Shown here: piece after piece, positions 48,787 through 57,158 of the stretch | Position numbering within the stretch: position 1 is the stretch's first letter | Layout: each line of letters opens with the position of its first letter | From: Alphaproteobacteria bacterium | GTDB taxonomy: Bacteria; Pseudomonadota; Alphaproteobacteria; CAAHEQ01; UBA3637 | Direction of reading: 5' to 3' | NCBI GenBank assembly: GCA_017958225.1 | Contig: JAGDDD010000018.1 | Coordinates: 613-64,612 of the forward strand | DNA length: 64,000 bases | Translations under genes and position numbers: made by a program | The notes under the pieces: generated by a model | The model's input: only the letters and a program-made list of their open reading frames with translations | Database searches by the model: none | Told to the model about the DNA's origin: nothing

Positions 48787-50940
48787 TTATTCCTGCGTCG
48801 CTTTTTCTTTCAAGGTGCGATAGTCGGTCTTGCCGTTGGCTAAGACGGGGATAGCCTCAATGTGCATCAGGCGCGTGGGCAAGAACAATTCGTTATAGCC
48901 TTGTTTTTGCAGGTAAGCACGCATGACGTCCAAATTGGCCGAGGCATCATCGGTCCATAACACAATCTGCTCGCCTTTGGCCGCATGTGGCACATTGACC
49001 GCGACAAAGGAAGCGTCGTTGTGATACGCTTCGCGCGCTAACTGTTCTATAGCAGTTAAAGAAATCATCTCCCCGCCGATTTTGGCAAAGCGTTTTAACC
49101 TGTCTTTGATATACACAAAGCCCATGTCGTCCATTTCGACAACGTCGCCCGTTTCATACCATCCGCCGGGGCAAGGATGCAGCAAGCCGGGCTTGTCTTC
49201 CTGCAAGGTACCCATCATGACATTCGGCCCTTTCACACACAAAACACCTTGATTGTTCGGAAAATCGGGTAGGGGTTTAATTTTGTATTGCAGGCCGGGC
49301 AAAAATTGTCCGACAGAGCCGAAGCGACAGAAAATATGATTGTTGATGGTTAAAATAGGGCTTGTTTCTGTTGTGCCGTAACCTTCCAACAGACGAATCC
49401 CGAACTGTTCCATCCACATGTGGCGGGTATCTTCTCGCATAGGCTCGGCGCCACCTAACACCACGCGTAAGGTGTGGAAATCATAAGGGTGCGCCACACG
49501 CGCATAGCCGCGCAAAAAAGTATCTGTGCCAAACAGGATGGTGGCGCCTGTGCTGTAAATCAACTCGTCAATAATACGGTAATGCAAGGGAGACGGATAC
49601 AAAAAGAGCCGGCCTCCACATAACAGCGGATACAAGGTGCCGGCCGTCAAACCAAATGAGTGGAACATCGGCAGAATATTAAACAGGGTATCTGACGGTG
49701 TAATGTTGATGAGCGAAAACAACTGATACACATTGGCCAACAGATTTTGGTGGCTGAGCACAACCGCTTTAGGTCGGCTTTCCGTGCCGGATGTGAATAA
49801 AATAGCCGCCCGTTTCGGACCGCTGAACGGATAAGGCACATAGGCCGTTTTGTAACTGACCCACGCTTTGATTTTTTGGAAAATATGGAAAGATTTTTGC
49901 ATATCTTCCGTGTATAGAATGCGTATATCTTTTTCCTTCAGAGCGTCAATCAGACCGGTCAAATTGAGCTCTTCAATCCATTGACGTGAGGTCAGAACGG
50001 TTTTGACAGACGCGGTTCGTAGGGCAGATAAAGCCTGCGTTGCCGACAAGGTCGGATTGAGCATCACCGCGACACGCTCATACGCGGTCAGCCCAAAGAA
50101 CGCATACACAGCCTCTAAACTGTTCGGCAATAAAATGCCGCAGCCTTGTTGTCGGGCGACATAGCGTTTGAACGCGCGCCCATAAAGAAAGATTTGCACC
50201 AGGATGTCTTTGTAAGATTGAAAAGGATGCGTAGCGTCGGCAACAAAAGTCGGCCGATGGAACCAATCACTTTTGCTGTAGATTTTCGCCGTGCGCATCA
50301 AGGTGTCAAACAGAGATTTTTTCGGCTGATAAATCACCTCAAACGACAAATTGACCATCAGGCGATACAGCGCATGGCTGATGGCATTTCTGTCTTTGCG
50401 TTTAGAGGGCGGGATGGAAAAGGCCTGTTCTTTGCCAAACGTTACCTTCGTTAGAGGGAAAAGTCGGCGTGGCAAGGGGCTGTTGGCGTGCGCAAAATAG
50501 TTGTATTGTGAGCCGCTGATCCACACCGGCACCAAGGGGGCGTGCGTTTTGTCGGCCAAAAAGCCGGGCGCTTCGTAAAGTTTGAGCAATTCACCCGTTA
50601 CACTCATACGCCCTTCGGCGAACAGGACAATGGAACGGCCCTTCTGGGCTTGTTCCAACAGTTTCTTTAAGGCACCGACATCTAATGGTTGAAAAGGCAC
50701 GATATCTTTTTGAGGAATAATCCAGCGAATTTTATGCTTGTGATAAATGTCGCGGGTCAGCGCAAACAAAGGCCGATTGGGCAAAAACGCATATAAAATT
50801 AAAGCGTCCAGCACAGAGCATAAATTAGATACAAAGACACGCGGTTTTTTGTTTCGTTTATAAGGCGCTAATCCATAAACGCGCACATGGCACAGCCGAA
50901 ACAGCACGCGCAGCAAAAAACGCTGGAAACGGTTGATCAT
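48787..50940 (-). CDS. aas: bifunctional Aas-like protein: PlsC-type acyltransferase domain plus acyl-ACP/AMP-dependent synthetase domain
   Basis: 717 aa and collinear with my recollection of E. coli Aas. The AMP-binding motif is FTSGTESRPKAV, followed by GYGTTE, GWYETGD and RLKRFAKIGGEM. The HX4D motif reads NLCSVLD instead of NHVSFID. Confidence 0.8.
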   Translation of the reverse strand: MINRFQRFLLRVLFRLCHVRVYGLAPYKRNKKPRVFVSNLCSVLDALILYAFLPNRPLFALTRDIYHKHKIRWIIPQKDIVPFQPLDVGALKKLLEQAQKGRSIVLFAEGRMSVTGELLKLYEAPGFLADKTHAPLVPVWISGSQYNYFAHANSPLPRRLFPLTKVTFGKEQAFSIPPSKRKDRNAISHALYRLMVNLSFEVIYQPKKSLFDTLMRTAKIYSKSDWFHRPTFVADATHPFQSYKDILVQIFLYGRAFKRYVARQQGCGILLPNSLEAVYAFFGLTAYERVAVMLNPTLSATQALSALRTASVKTVLTSRQWIEELNLTGLIDALKEKDIRILYTEDMQKSFHIFQKIKAWVSYKTAYVPYPFSGPKRAAILFTSGTESRPKAVVLSHQNLLANVYQLFSLINITPSDTLFNILPMFHSFGLTAGTLYPLLCGGRLFLYPSPLHYRIIDELIYSTGATILFGTDTFLRGYARVAHPYDFHTLRVVLGGAEPMREDTRHMWMEQFGIRLLEGYGTTETSPILTINNHIFCRFGSVGQFLPGLQYKIKPLPDFPNNQGVLCVKGPNVMMGTLQEDKPGLLHPCPGGWYETGDVVEMDDMGFVYIKDRLKRFAKIGGEMISLTAIEQLAREAYHNDASFVAVNVPHAAKGEQIVLWTDDASANLDVMRAYLQKQGYNELFLPTRLMHIEAIPVLANGKTDYRTLKEKATQE

Positions 50941-51719
50941 TCCGCCCTCTTTTCGTATTCAATCTTATAGCCTTCGTTTTCGGCCAGAGCAATAACTTGT
51001 TGTGCCAATTCGCTTTCTTCCGGCGTGATTGTCATATCTTTGGTAATCAAGGAAATCATATGTTCGATGAACATTTGTAAAATCCAATCTTCTCGCTTGA
51101 CAATCTGACGGATGGCGGTGTTAAAGCTGTCGGGATCCGGCGCTAGAGCCATCAAATATTTTCTTAAATCTTCGTCTTTGAAGGTCAGGTGCTGACAGCG
51201 CTGGTGCACATAGTCTATGACCACATCTACTTCGCCGTCGGCCACATCATGATCCGCACGCGAAAAGAACATCAAGGCCGTAATTTCCGCACGCGCCAAA
51301 CGTATAGCGGTAAATAATTCATCATCCAACGGTTTGGAGTCGCTACCGGCAATGTCAGGGGGCAACTCAATTTTCAAGCATTGTTCTATAAAGGCAAACG
51401 GGTCTGTGTAGACGCGTTGCGACACAGAATCTTCAATGCGGGAGATTTGATCGACCTTTATCAGACGCGGTTGATTGATGGCCACGCAGAGCGCTTCCAT
51501 AAACAAGTGCCGTCCGCTTTTTAACAGGCGCCGAATGATGACATCGCGCTGCTTGTTTTCGCCGGAAAGCGAGGTGTAGTGAATAGACGCTTTCACCGAA
51601 ATGGCATCCGCTAACACATTACCTTGTAAATGTTTGCGCACAGCCGCCGGGGCCGAGACAGGCGCGGCGTGTATTTTGTTTTGGGCTAATTGCTCGATGG
51701 CTTGTTGTAATAACGACAT
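50937..51719 (-). CDS. hypothetical protein, N-terminal WYL-like beta domain plus C-terminal TerB-like helical domain
   Basis: IHYTSLSGENKQRDVIIRRLLKSGRHLFMEALCVAINQPRLIKVDQISRI fits the WYL-domain pattern. The C-terminal acidic helical segment (ADHDVADGEVDVVIDYV) is TerB-like. Pattern-level call only. Confidence 0.45.
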   Translation of the reverse strand: MSLLQQAIEQLAQNKIHAAPVSAPAAVRKHLQGNVLADAISVKASIHYTSLSGENKQRDVIIRRLLKSGRHLFMEALCVAINQPRLIKVDQISRIEDSVSQRVYTDPFAFIEQCLKIELPPDIAGSDSKPLDDELFTAIRLARAEITALMFFSRADHDVADGEVDVVIDYVHQRCQHLTFKDEDLRKYLMALAPDPDSFNTAIRQIVKREDWILQMFIEHMISLITKDMTITPEESELAQQVIALAENEGYKIEYEKRAE

Positions 51720-51729
51720 AGAAAACCCC

Positions 51730-52176
51730 TTATAAATTATGTTTCAGCCACACAGAAGCGCACCGATGAATATGCTTTCTTTGTGCGCTGCTCATTTTGG
51801 CAGACCCAGTATATAACCTTTTTGCAAACAAGGCTATATCTTCTTGTGTAAAATGCACACCTTTGGTTTGGTTGAGAAAGTTAAACCACTTGTCGCCATA
51901 CCAAGACGCGACTTGGGTGTCTTTGCGCATGGCCACGCGTTTTAACAGGCGATTGACCGCCGGCAAATAGGCCTTGTCGGGCAGGCGCTTCAGCTGTTTA
52001 AATTCGCGACGGATGGCGCGACGCACGCCCGTCCAGTAAAGTGTGATGATCACGCAGACAAGTATAAAGACGAACAAGAGACCTAACAACACCAACCACC
52101 ATCCGGCCGCCAAAGGCCAAACGGAAGGCGTTGTCGGAATGTGCAGGTCTTTCAGTTGCGATAAATCAGCGTTCAT
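51730..52176 (-). CDS. DUF4381 family membrane protein
   Basis: The N-terminal segment PSVWPLAAGWWLVLLGLL is typical of DUF4381. Follows DUF58 in a MoxR operon. Confidence 0.65.
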   Translation of the reverse strand: MNADLSQLKDLHIPTTPSVWPLAAGWWLVLLGLLFVFILVCVIITLYWTGVRRAIRREFKQLKRLPDKAYLPAVNRLLKRVAMRKDTQVASWYGDKWFNFLNQTKGVHFTQEDIALFAKRLYTGSAKMSSAQRKHIHRCASVWLKHNL

Positions 52177-53090
52177 TTATCTTTCTCCAACAGCGCTTTA
52201 ATCACAACATCCGTGGCATCTTGTTCTGTCGAAACAGGAATATAGCGCGCATGATATTTTTGTTGTAGCGTCTGTAAATATTGGCGTCTTTGTTCAAAGA
52301 ATTGTTGGTAGGTGGCTTGTGATTTCGCCGATTGTGTGTTCAGCACCAATACCTTTTTGCCGTCGGTAACGCGATACATATTGGGCGGTGGCGCTTTCTG
52401 TTCTGTGGGATCAAACACATGGATACAGACCAATTCGTTGGTTTTGGCAATCGTGCCGAGTGTCGCCATAGTCTGTTCGTTCAGTTGCGAAAAGTCAGAA
52501 ATGACAAAAACAATATTGCTGTTTTTGCACATGTAACGCAGCATGGTGCAGGCTTGGGCAAACGAGGGCGGATTAGTGACCGCTTCGGCTGGACGCGTGC
52601 CAAAACACATGGCTTCCAACAGGTGCATTAAATTGCGCCGATAGCGTGAAGGCTTGAAAGATTTCAGGTCTTTCTGCGTTAAAATGATGCCACCGATTCG
52701 GTTGCTTTCTTCTTGAAAAGCCCAAGCCAACAGCGCGGCGATATGTGAGGCAATCACCGACTTAAAGGCTTGGCGAGTCGCAAAGTGCATGGATGTGCTT
52801 AAATCAACCAAAAAGCCGACACAATGTTCGCGCTCTTCATGGAAAATCTTGGTGTAAGTTTTGTGATATTTGGCGCTTAAACGCCAGTCAATCAAACGGA
52901 CATCGTCGCCGGTCTTGTATTCGCGAGCTTCGACAAACTCCATACCGCGCCCTTTAAACAAAGATTGAAACAGGCCGGCGCCGACATGAGATGTTGTTTT
53001 ATTGTGAGGCATCCTCAGCCGATGTGTGTTGTTTTTTTCGGCTAACAGGCCTGACAATGTCGCGATGGCCGCTTCTTGTTTGCTCAGCAT
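52173..53090 (-). CDS. DUF58 (vWA-like) protein
   Basis: FKGRGMEFVEAREYKTGDDVRLIDWRLSAK is the DUF58 signature. Follows moxR. Confidence 0.75.
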   Translation of the reverse strand: MLSKQEAAIATLSGLLAEKNNTHRLRMPHNKTTSHVGAGLFQSLFKGRGMEFVEAREYKTGDDVRLIDWRLSAKYHKTYTKIFHEEREHCVGFLVDLSTSMHFATRQAFKSVIASHIAALLAWAFQEESNRIGGIILTQKDLKSFKPSRYRRNLMHLLEAMCFGTRPAEAVTNPPSFAQACTMLRYMCKNSNIVFVISDFSQLNEQTMATLGTIAKTNELVCIHVFDPTEQKAPPPNMYRVTDGKKVLVLNTQSAKSQATYQQFFEQRRQYLQTLQQKYHARYIPVSTEQDATDVVIKALLEKDK

Positions 53091-53105
53091 AACAATCCTT
53101 TTTGA

Positions 53106-54074
53106 TTAGGGCATAGGCACTTTTTGTAACAACAAATCAATAAAGCTGTCTGTTGTCATACCTTGGGCTTCGGCCTCATAGGTCAAAATGATTCTGTGGC
53201 GCAACACTTCATGAATAACCGCATGAATATGTTCGGGCAAAACGCAAGTGCTGCCCTTTAACCAGGCATAAGCGCGTGCGCAAATATCCAAAGAAATCGT
53301 GCCACGCGGGCTGGCCCCATATTCCACATAGTTGGTGAGTAACTTGTCATAAGTCTCCGGTTTGCGCGTCGCAATAATGAATTGGACAATGTATTCGGCC
53401 AACTCTTCGGACAGGTGAATACCTAACACTTCTTGACGTGCCTGTCTGACGGTGGCTTGGGATATTTTCTCAAATGCCGGCGGCTCAGCGTTCAAGGTTT
53501 CGTTGCGCACTAACTCCAAAATCTTGCGTTCAGATTGTGCATCCGGATGCGATAAGCGCACATACAACAGGAAACGGTCAAGCTGTGCTTCCGGCAACGG
53601 ATACGTTCCTTCGTGCTCAATCGGGTTTTGCGTCGCCATCACCAAGAACAGTTCGGGCAAAAGGTAAGTTTGTGAGCCGACGGTGACTTGATGTTCCGCC
53701 ATGGCTTCCAAAAGCGCAGATTGCACTTTGGCGGGAGAACGGTTGATTTCATCCGCCAGAATCAAGTTATGGAAAATAGGTCCTTTTTGAAAGGAAAAAG
53801 AGTTGCTTTCCGGACGGAAAATATCACTACCCGTAATATCGGCAGGCAACAAGTCAGGTGTAAATTGAATACGGTGCGAATCGCAATCCAATGCCGAGGC
53901 CAATTTTTTAATCGCTTTTGTTTTGGCTAAACCGGGCGCACCTTCCACCAACAGGTTACCATTGGCCAATAGGGCGATGAGCAGGCATTCAATCAGTTTT
54001 TCCTGCCCGATAATTTCCGAGTTCATAAAGGTTTGTAAGCGCGCGAATTCTTCTTGAATAGGTAACATAAGCAA
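53106..54074 (-). CDS. MoxR-family AAA+ ATPase
   Basis: 322 aa. Walker A EGAPGLAKT, Walker B LILADEINR, ATQNP, and GASPRG at the C-terminus. Confidence 0.9.
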   Translation of the reverse strand: MLMLPIQEEFARLQTFMNSEIIGQEKLIECLLIALLANGNLLVEGAPGLAKTKAIKKLASALDCDSHRIQFTPDLLPADITGSDIFRPESNSFSFQKGPIFHNLILADEINRSPAKVQSALLEAMAEHQVTVGSQTYLLPELFLVMATQNPIEHEGTYPLPEAQLDRFLLYVRLSHPDAQSERKILELVRNETLNAEPPAFEKISQATVRQARQEVLGIHLSEELAEYIVQFIIATRKPETYDKLLTNYVEYGASPRGTISLDICARAYAWLKGSTCVLPEHIHAVIHEVLRHRIILTYEAEAQGMTTDSFIDLLLQKVPMP

Positions 54075-54198
54075 CTCCTGTTTGTAAAGGCCTGACCCCC
54101 TACAATATAGAATAAAATGAAATCTATTGCAAATAATAAGTTACCGACAAGGCATTATATGCGCACATAACACCCTGTTGGACCGTCTAAGCGCCCGT

Positions 54199-54357
54199 TT
54201 AGCGCGTGCGTTGCCGCCCTTTTTTCGGGGTATTCTGCTTTGTGATTGTTTCAGGATGCTGCTGGGGATAGGCAGTGCCATCTCCCTCTTGTTGGACGGC
54301 TTTCCGTGGATCGATTTGTTCAGGTTTTTTTGGGGGGAAAATAGTGAATTTTATCAT
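54199..54357 (-). CDS. candidate small protein (52 aa, Pro/Lys/Gln-rich)
   Basis: Translated by eye as MIKFTIFPPKKPEQIDPRKAVQQEGDGTAYPQQHPETITKQNTPKKGRQRTR. AGGAG lies 7 nt upstream of the ATG, with a consensus promoter upstream. Below the ORF-track cutoff. No homology evidence. Confidence 0.4.
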   Translation of the reverse strand: MIKFTIFPPKKPEQIDPRKAVQQEGDGTAYPQQHPETITKQNTPKKGRQRTR

Positions 54358-54380
54358 AATATCGCTCCTTGTATGCGTCT

Positions 54381-54409
54381 ATTATACACATTTTTTTGTA
54401 AAAAGTCAA
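54381..54409 (-). promoter_or_regulatory. putative sigma-70 promoter (TTGACT-17-TATAAT on minus strand) upstream of the small ORF and the moxR operon
   Basis: Read directly on the reverse complement: cTTGACTttttacaaaaaaatgtgTATAAT. Confidence 0.5.
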
Positions 54410-55323
54410 GACGGGTTACCCAGGCTGATTAAATAGGCAGCATAGAGCACTAAAAACAACGCGCCCATCGGCCGCGAAATCACTTTGCGATAGCCACTGA
54501 GTATAAACAACAGCACGGTGCCTGTCATCACAAATGCACTGGCGGTCATATCTCCCGGCACAGTGATGGGACAAACCAGAGCCACAACGCCCAAAATGAA
54601 AAAGGCGTTATAAATATTACTGCCGACAATGTTGCCGATAACCATGGAATTGTTCTTGTGCAGGCCGGCCATAATGGAGGAAATCAACTCGGGCAGCGAG
54701 GTGCCTATGGCAATGACGGTCAGGCCGATCACCGTATCGGATACGCCCCAATGTTGCGCGATAATCACCGCATTATTGACCATCATTTTGGCACCCAACA
54801 GCGTGCCGATAATACCGCCGACAGCCAACAGCAAACTGCGCCATAGGGACATGGTCGGCGCCTCTAAACTGTCTTGCCTTTCCGTGGCCAATGTATAGCC
54901 CATATAGCCCGCCAAAAGCGCGATAAACACCAGGCCGGTCAGGCGCGACAACACGCCCCAATAACACACCAAATCCAGCCCGATAATCGTCAAGAACAAG
55001 AACAGGGCGTCTCGATGAAAGGGCGCTTTGGGAAACTTGATAGGGCACAACAGAGCCGTGCAACCCAACACCAACAGGACGTTTGCGATATTACTCCCCA
55101 TAACATTACCGATGGCAATGCCGGCCGCTTTTTGCTCGCCCAAGACAGCAAACAAGCTGGCTACCAGTTCCGGAGTCGAGGTGCCAAAGCCGACCAACAC
55201 CACGCCGATAAACAAGGCCGAAACTTTTAAGCGTTGCGCTAACGGAATCGCACCGCGCACCATGCTGTCACCGCCAAAAATCAGTAAAACCAAACCGAGC
55301 AAAAATAAAATATAAGGCATCAT
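54406..55323 (-). CDS. CaCA family Na+/Ca2+ exchanger (YrbG-like)
   Basis: 305 aa with about 10 TM segments. Two alpha-repeats, GTSTPELVAS and GTSLPELISS. Confidence 0.8.
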   Translation of the reverse strand: MMPYILFLLGLVLLIFGGDSMVRGAIPLAQRLKVSALFIGVVLVGFGTSTPELVASLFAVLGEQKAAGIAIGNVMGSNIANVLLVLGCTALLCPIKFPKAPFHRDALFLFLTIIGLDLVCYWGVLSRLTGLVFIALLAGYMGYTLATERQDSLEAPTMSLWRSLLLAVGGIIGTLLGAKMMVNNAVIIAQHWGVSDTVIGLTVIAIGTSLPELISSIMAGLHKNNSMVIGNIVGSNIYNAFFILGVVALVCPITVPGDMTASAFVMTGTVLLFILSGYRKVISRPMGALFLVLYAAYLISLGNPS

Positions 55324-55459
55324 TTGTCCTCCATAGCCTCATCTTACATACAAACATCGTTTTGTCAATAACCTGTCAGTCGGCGCGGCGTGCAAAAACA
55401 ACTTGACAAGCGACATAAATTCTTTACACTGGAAGATATTCTTACAAAAAGGAGAGATT

Positions 55460-56677
55460 ATGAAACGTTATCTGTCAATTTTCTTTTATAGTTTTTGTTG
55501 TGTGGCTTTGTGGGCAACCGCTGCGTTGGCGTCTTCGCCCCTGATGGATGCCATCAATAAGTATGCCGACATTTTCATTGATTTAAAGCCGTTGGTATAT
55601 ATCTGCGGCGCCTTTGGTATTATGGCGGTTGCGTGCGCAGCTTTCTTTGGAAAGATGGACTGGTTGCGCTTGGCCTTTATCGGTATAGCGTTGATGTTCT
55701 TGTCCTTGGCCGGCGCGATTGTGGACTATTTAATCGACGACGATTCCTTGTTTGACGGTGGCCAGTCATTTGCCAGCAAACTGGACAGCAACAGCAAAGA
55801 TCCGTTGACGATGGGCGGAGGCTCCGGTGGCGGTAGTGGTGGCAACGGAAATGGGAATACAGAACCAGATTCTAAGAACAATGACTCCGACCCTGTGGAT
55901 GGGAAAAGCGCCAGGGACGCTCTGAAACAACAGATAGAAGGGGATAAAAACAGGGGATATGATCAATATGAAATTGTAGAAAATGTTGATAAAAATCTTC
56001 CACCGACCCGCGCGGTTTCTCCGTATGAATATGATCAAAATAAAGTGGAGAGACAAAAGGCTTTACAAGAAGCCCTTAAAAATGTGGCGCCCAAGACAGG
56101 GCTTGATCCATTGTTGAACAAAAAAGATTCTGAGACGCGGCGGCAAGAAATGTTGCAGACGTTACAAAATCGGCATGTGAATCAGTATCAAAGTCCGGCA
56201 AAAAGCCATGGTGGTAGTGCTGGTACAGTTAAACCTCTTGGCTCGGCATCAGCAGGAGGAGGGGCTGGCGGATCCGCAGGCTCTGTGTCTGCGCCTATAT
56301 TGAGTTCGGATGAGGAAGATAAGAATTTGTCTTTAGAAGAGTGGCAGGAGAAAAAACAAAAAGAGATGGAAGATTATGCTAAAAAAGCAGAATACAAGAC
56401 CAATGCGCAGAACATAGGCCAATGGAAATACTTATCTCCTGAAGAGCAAGCTGAGTACATCAAACAACAGCAACAGGTATTGGATGTTTATAATGATCAA
56501 AATAAAACAGAAGGGTTTGCATTTGATCAAAACGCGCCAACCTTTGAATCTGCACAAGATCCCGCAGATCGTATCACTCAGGAGGGCGCGCAAGCTCTAA
56601 GAGAGCAAGTAGAGAAGGTTGCTCCTGGTGGGCCTCCATCCTATATACAAGATGCTTTAAATGGGTTAAACAAATAA
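55460..56677 (+). CDS. VirB2/TrbC pilin-like N-terminal domain fused to a long Gly-rich/charged C-terminal region
   Basis: Signal peptide MKRYLSIFFYSFCCVALWATAALA, followed by two hydrophobic helices separated by FFGKMDW (LVYICGAFGIMAVACAAFFGKMDWLRLAFIGIALMFLSLAGAIVDYL), as in T4SS pilins. Then GGGSGGGSGGNGNGN and a KE-rich tail. GGAGAG RBS. Confidence 0.5.
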   Translation: MKRYLSIFFYSFCCVALWATAALASSPLMDAINKYADIFIDLKPLVYICGAFGIMAVACAAFFGKMDWLRLAFIGIALMFLSLAGAIVDYLIDDDSLFDGGQSFASKLDSNSKDPLTMGGGSGGGSGGNGNGNTEPDSKNNDSDPVDGKSARDALKQQIEGDKNRGYDQYEIVENVDKNLPPTRAVSPYEYDQNKVERQKALQEALKNVAPKTGLDPLLNKKDSETRRQEMLQTLQNRHVNQYQSPAKSHGGSAGTVKPLGSASAGGGAGGSAGSVSAPILSSDEEDKNLSLEEWQEKKQKEMEDYAKKAEYKTNAQNIGQWKYLSPEEQAEYIKQQQQVLDVYNDQNKTEGFAFDQNAPTFESAQDPADRITQEGAQALREQVEKVAPGGPPSYIQDALNGLNK

Positions 56678-56720
56678 TTTTGTTGTATCCCAAGTTCTTA
56701 AAGGGCAACTTTATAAACGA

Positions 56721-56751
56721 ACAGCGGAAGGGGACTTCCGCTGTTTTTTTT
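56721..56751. terminator. rho-independent terminator (possibly bidirectional)
   Basis: ACAGCGGAAG-GGGA-CTTCCGCTGT is a perfect 10-bp stem followed by T8. It lies between convergent genes. Confidence 0.65.
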
Positions 56752-56765
56752 ATCCGTTGCGCAAA

Positions 56766-57020
56766 TCAACTGCTATACATATTGAGTTTCTTTTGCGCCC
56801 GCTCGATTTTGGCTTCAATATTTTTGACCATTTCGGAACGGTTGGAGGCCTTAGCCCACGTGCGCAATTTCTCTAAAACGGCAATTTTCTGTTGCGCCAG
56901 GCTGCGCAGCATATCTTTCAGCTGATCGGGCACTTCTCCCCAATTTTGTTGCAGTTCCTGCATCAAGGGGCAGCACGGTTTGTCGCTGTCGCATTTTTTT
57001 GTTTCGCATGTTTGGTTCAT
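56766..57020 (-). CDS. hypothetical small protein, Cys-rich N-terminus plus helical C-terminus
   Basis: 84 aa. CETKKCDSDKPCCP followed by a coiled-coil-like segment. AGGAG RBS 8 nt upstream. Preferred over the overlapping plus-strand ORF at 56680..56925. Confidence 0.5.
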   Translation of the reverse strand: MNQTCETKKCDSDKPCCPLMQELQQNWGEVPDQLKDMLRSLAQQKIAVLEKLRTWAKASNRSEMVKNIEAKIERAQKKLNMYSS

Positions 57021-57110
57021 GATACTATCTCCTTTTGTTAAACAATGAACACAAAACTACGTAGATAGCGCCGTCCGCGAAATCAAGGAACACGACATAC
57101 AACTTTTGTT

Positions 57111-57138
57111 TTGCTATTTTCAAAAAAATCGGTATAAT
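57111..57138 (+). promoter_or_regulatory. putative sigma-70 promoter of dnaB (TTGCTA-16-TATAAT)
   Basis: Read directly. Confidence 0.4.
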
Positions 57139-57158
57139 GTGAGCCAAAAGGAAAAACG

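Noticed and set aside
54127-54432. 101-aa plus-strand ORF in the moxR/yrbG spacer.
   Set aside because: There is no RBS, and it overlaps the 3' end of the CaCA exchanger gene. It lies antisense to a much better-signalled small ORF with a promoter and SD.
56680-56925. 81-aa plus-strand ORF downstream of the pilin-like gene.
   Set aside because: It starts upstream of and spans a strong terminator hairpin. It is antisense to an ORF with a proper AGGAG RBS.
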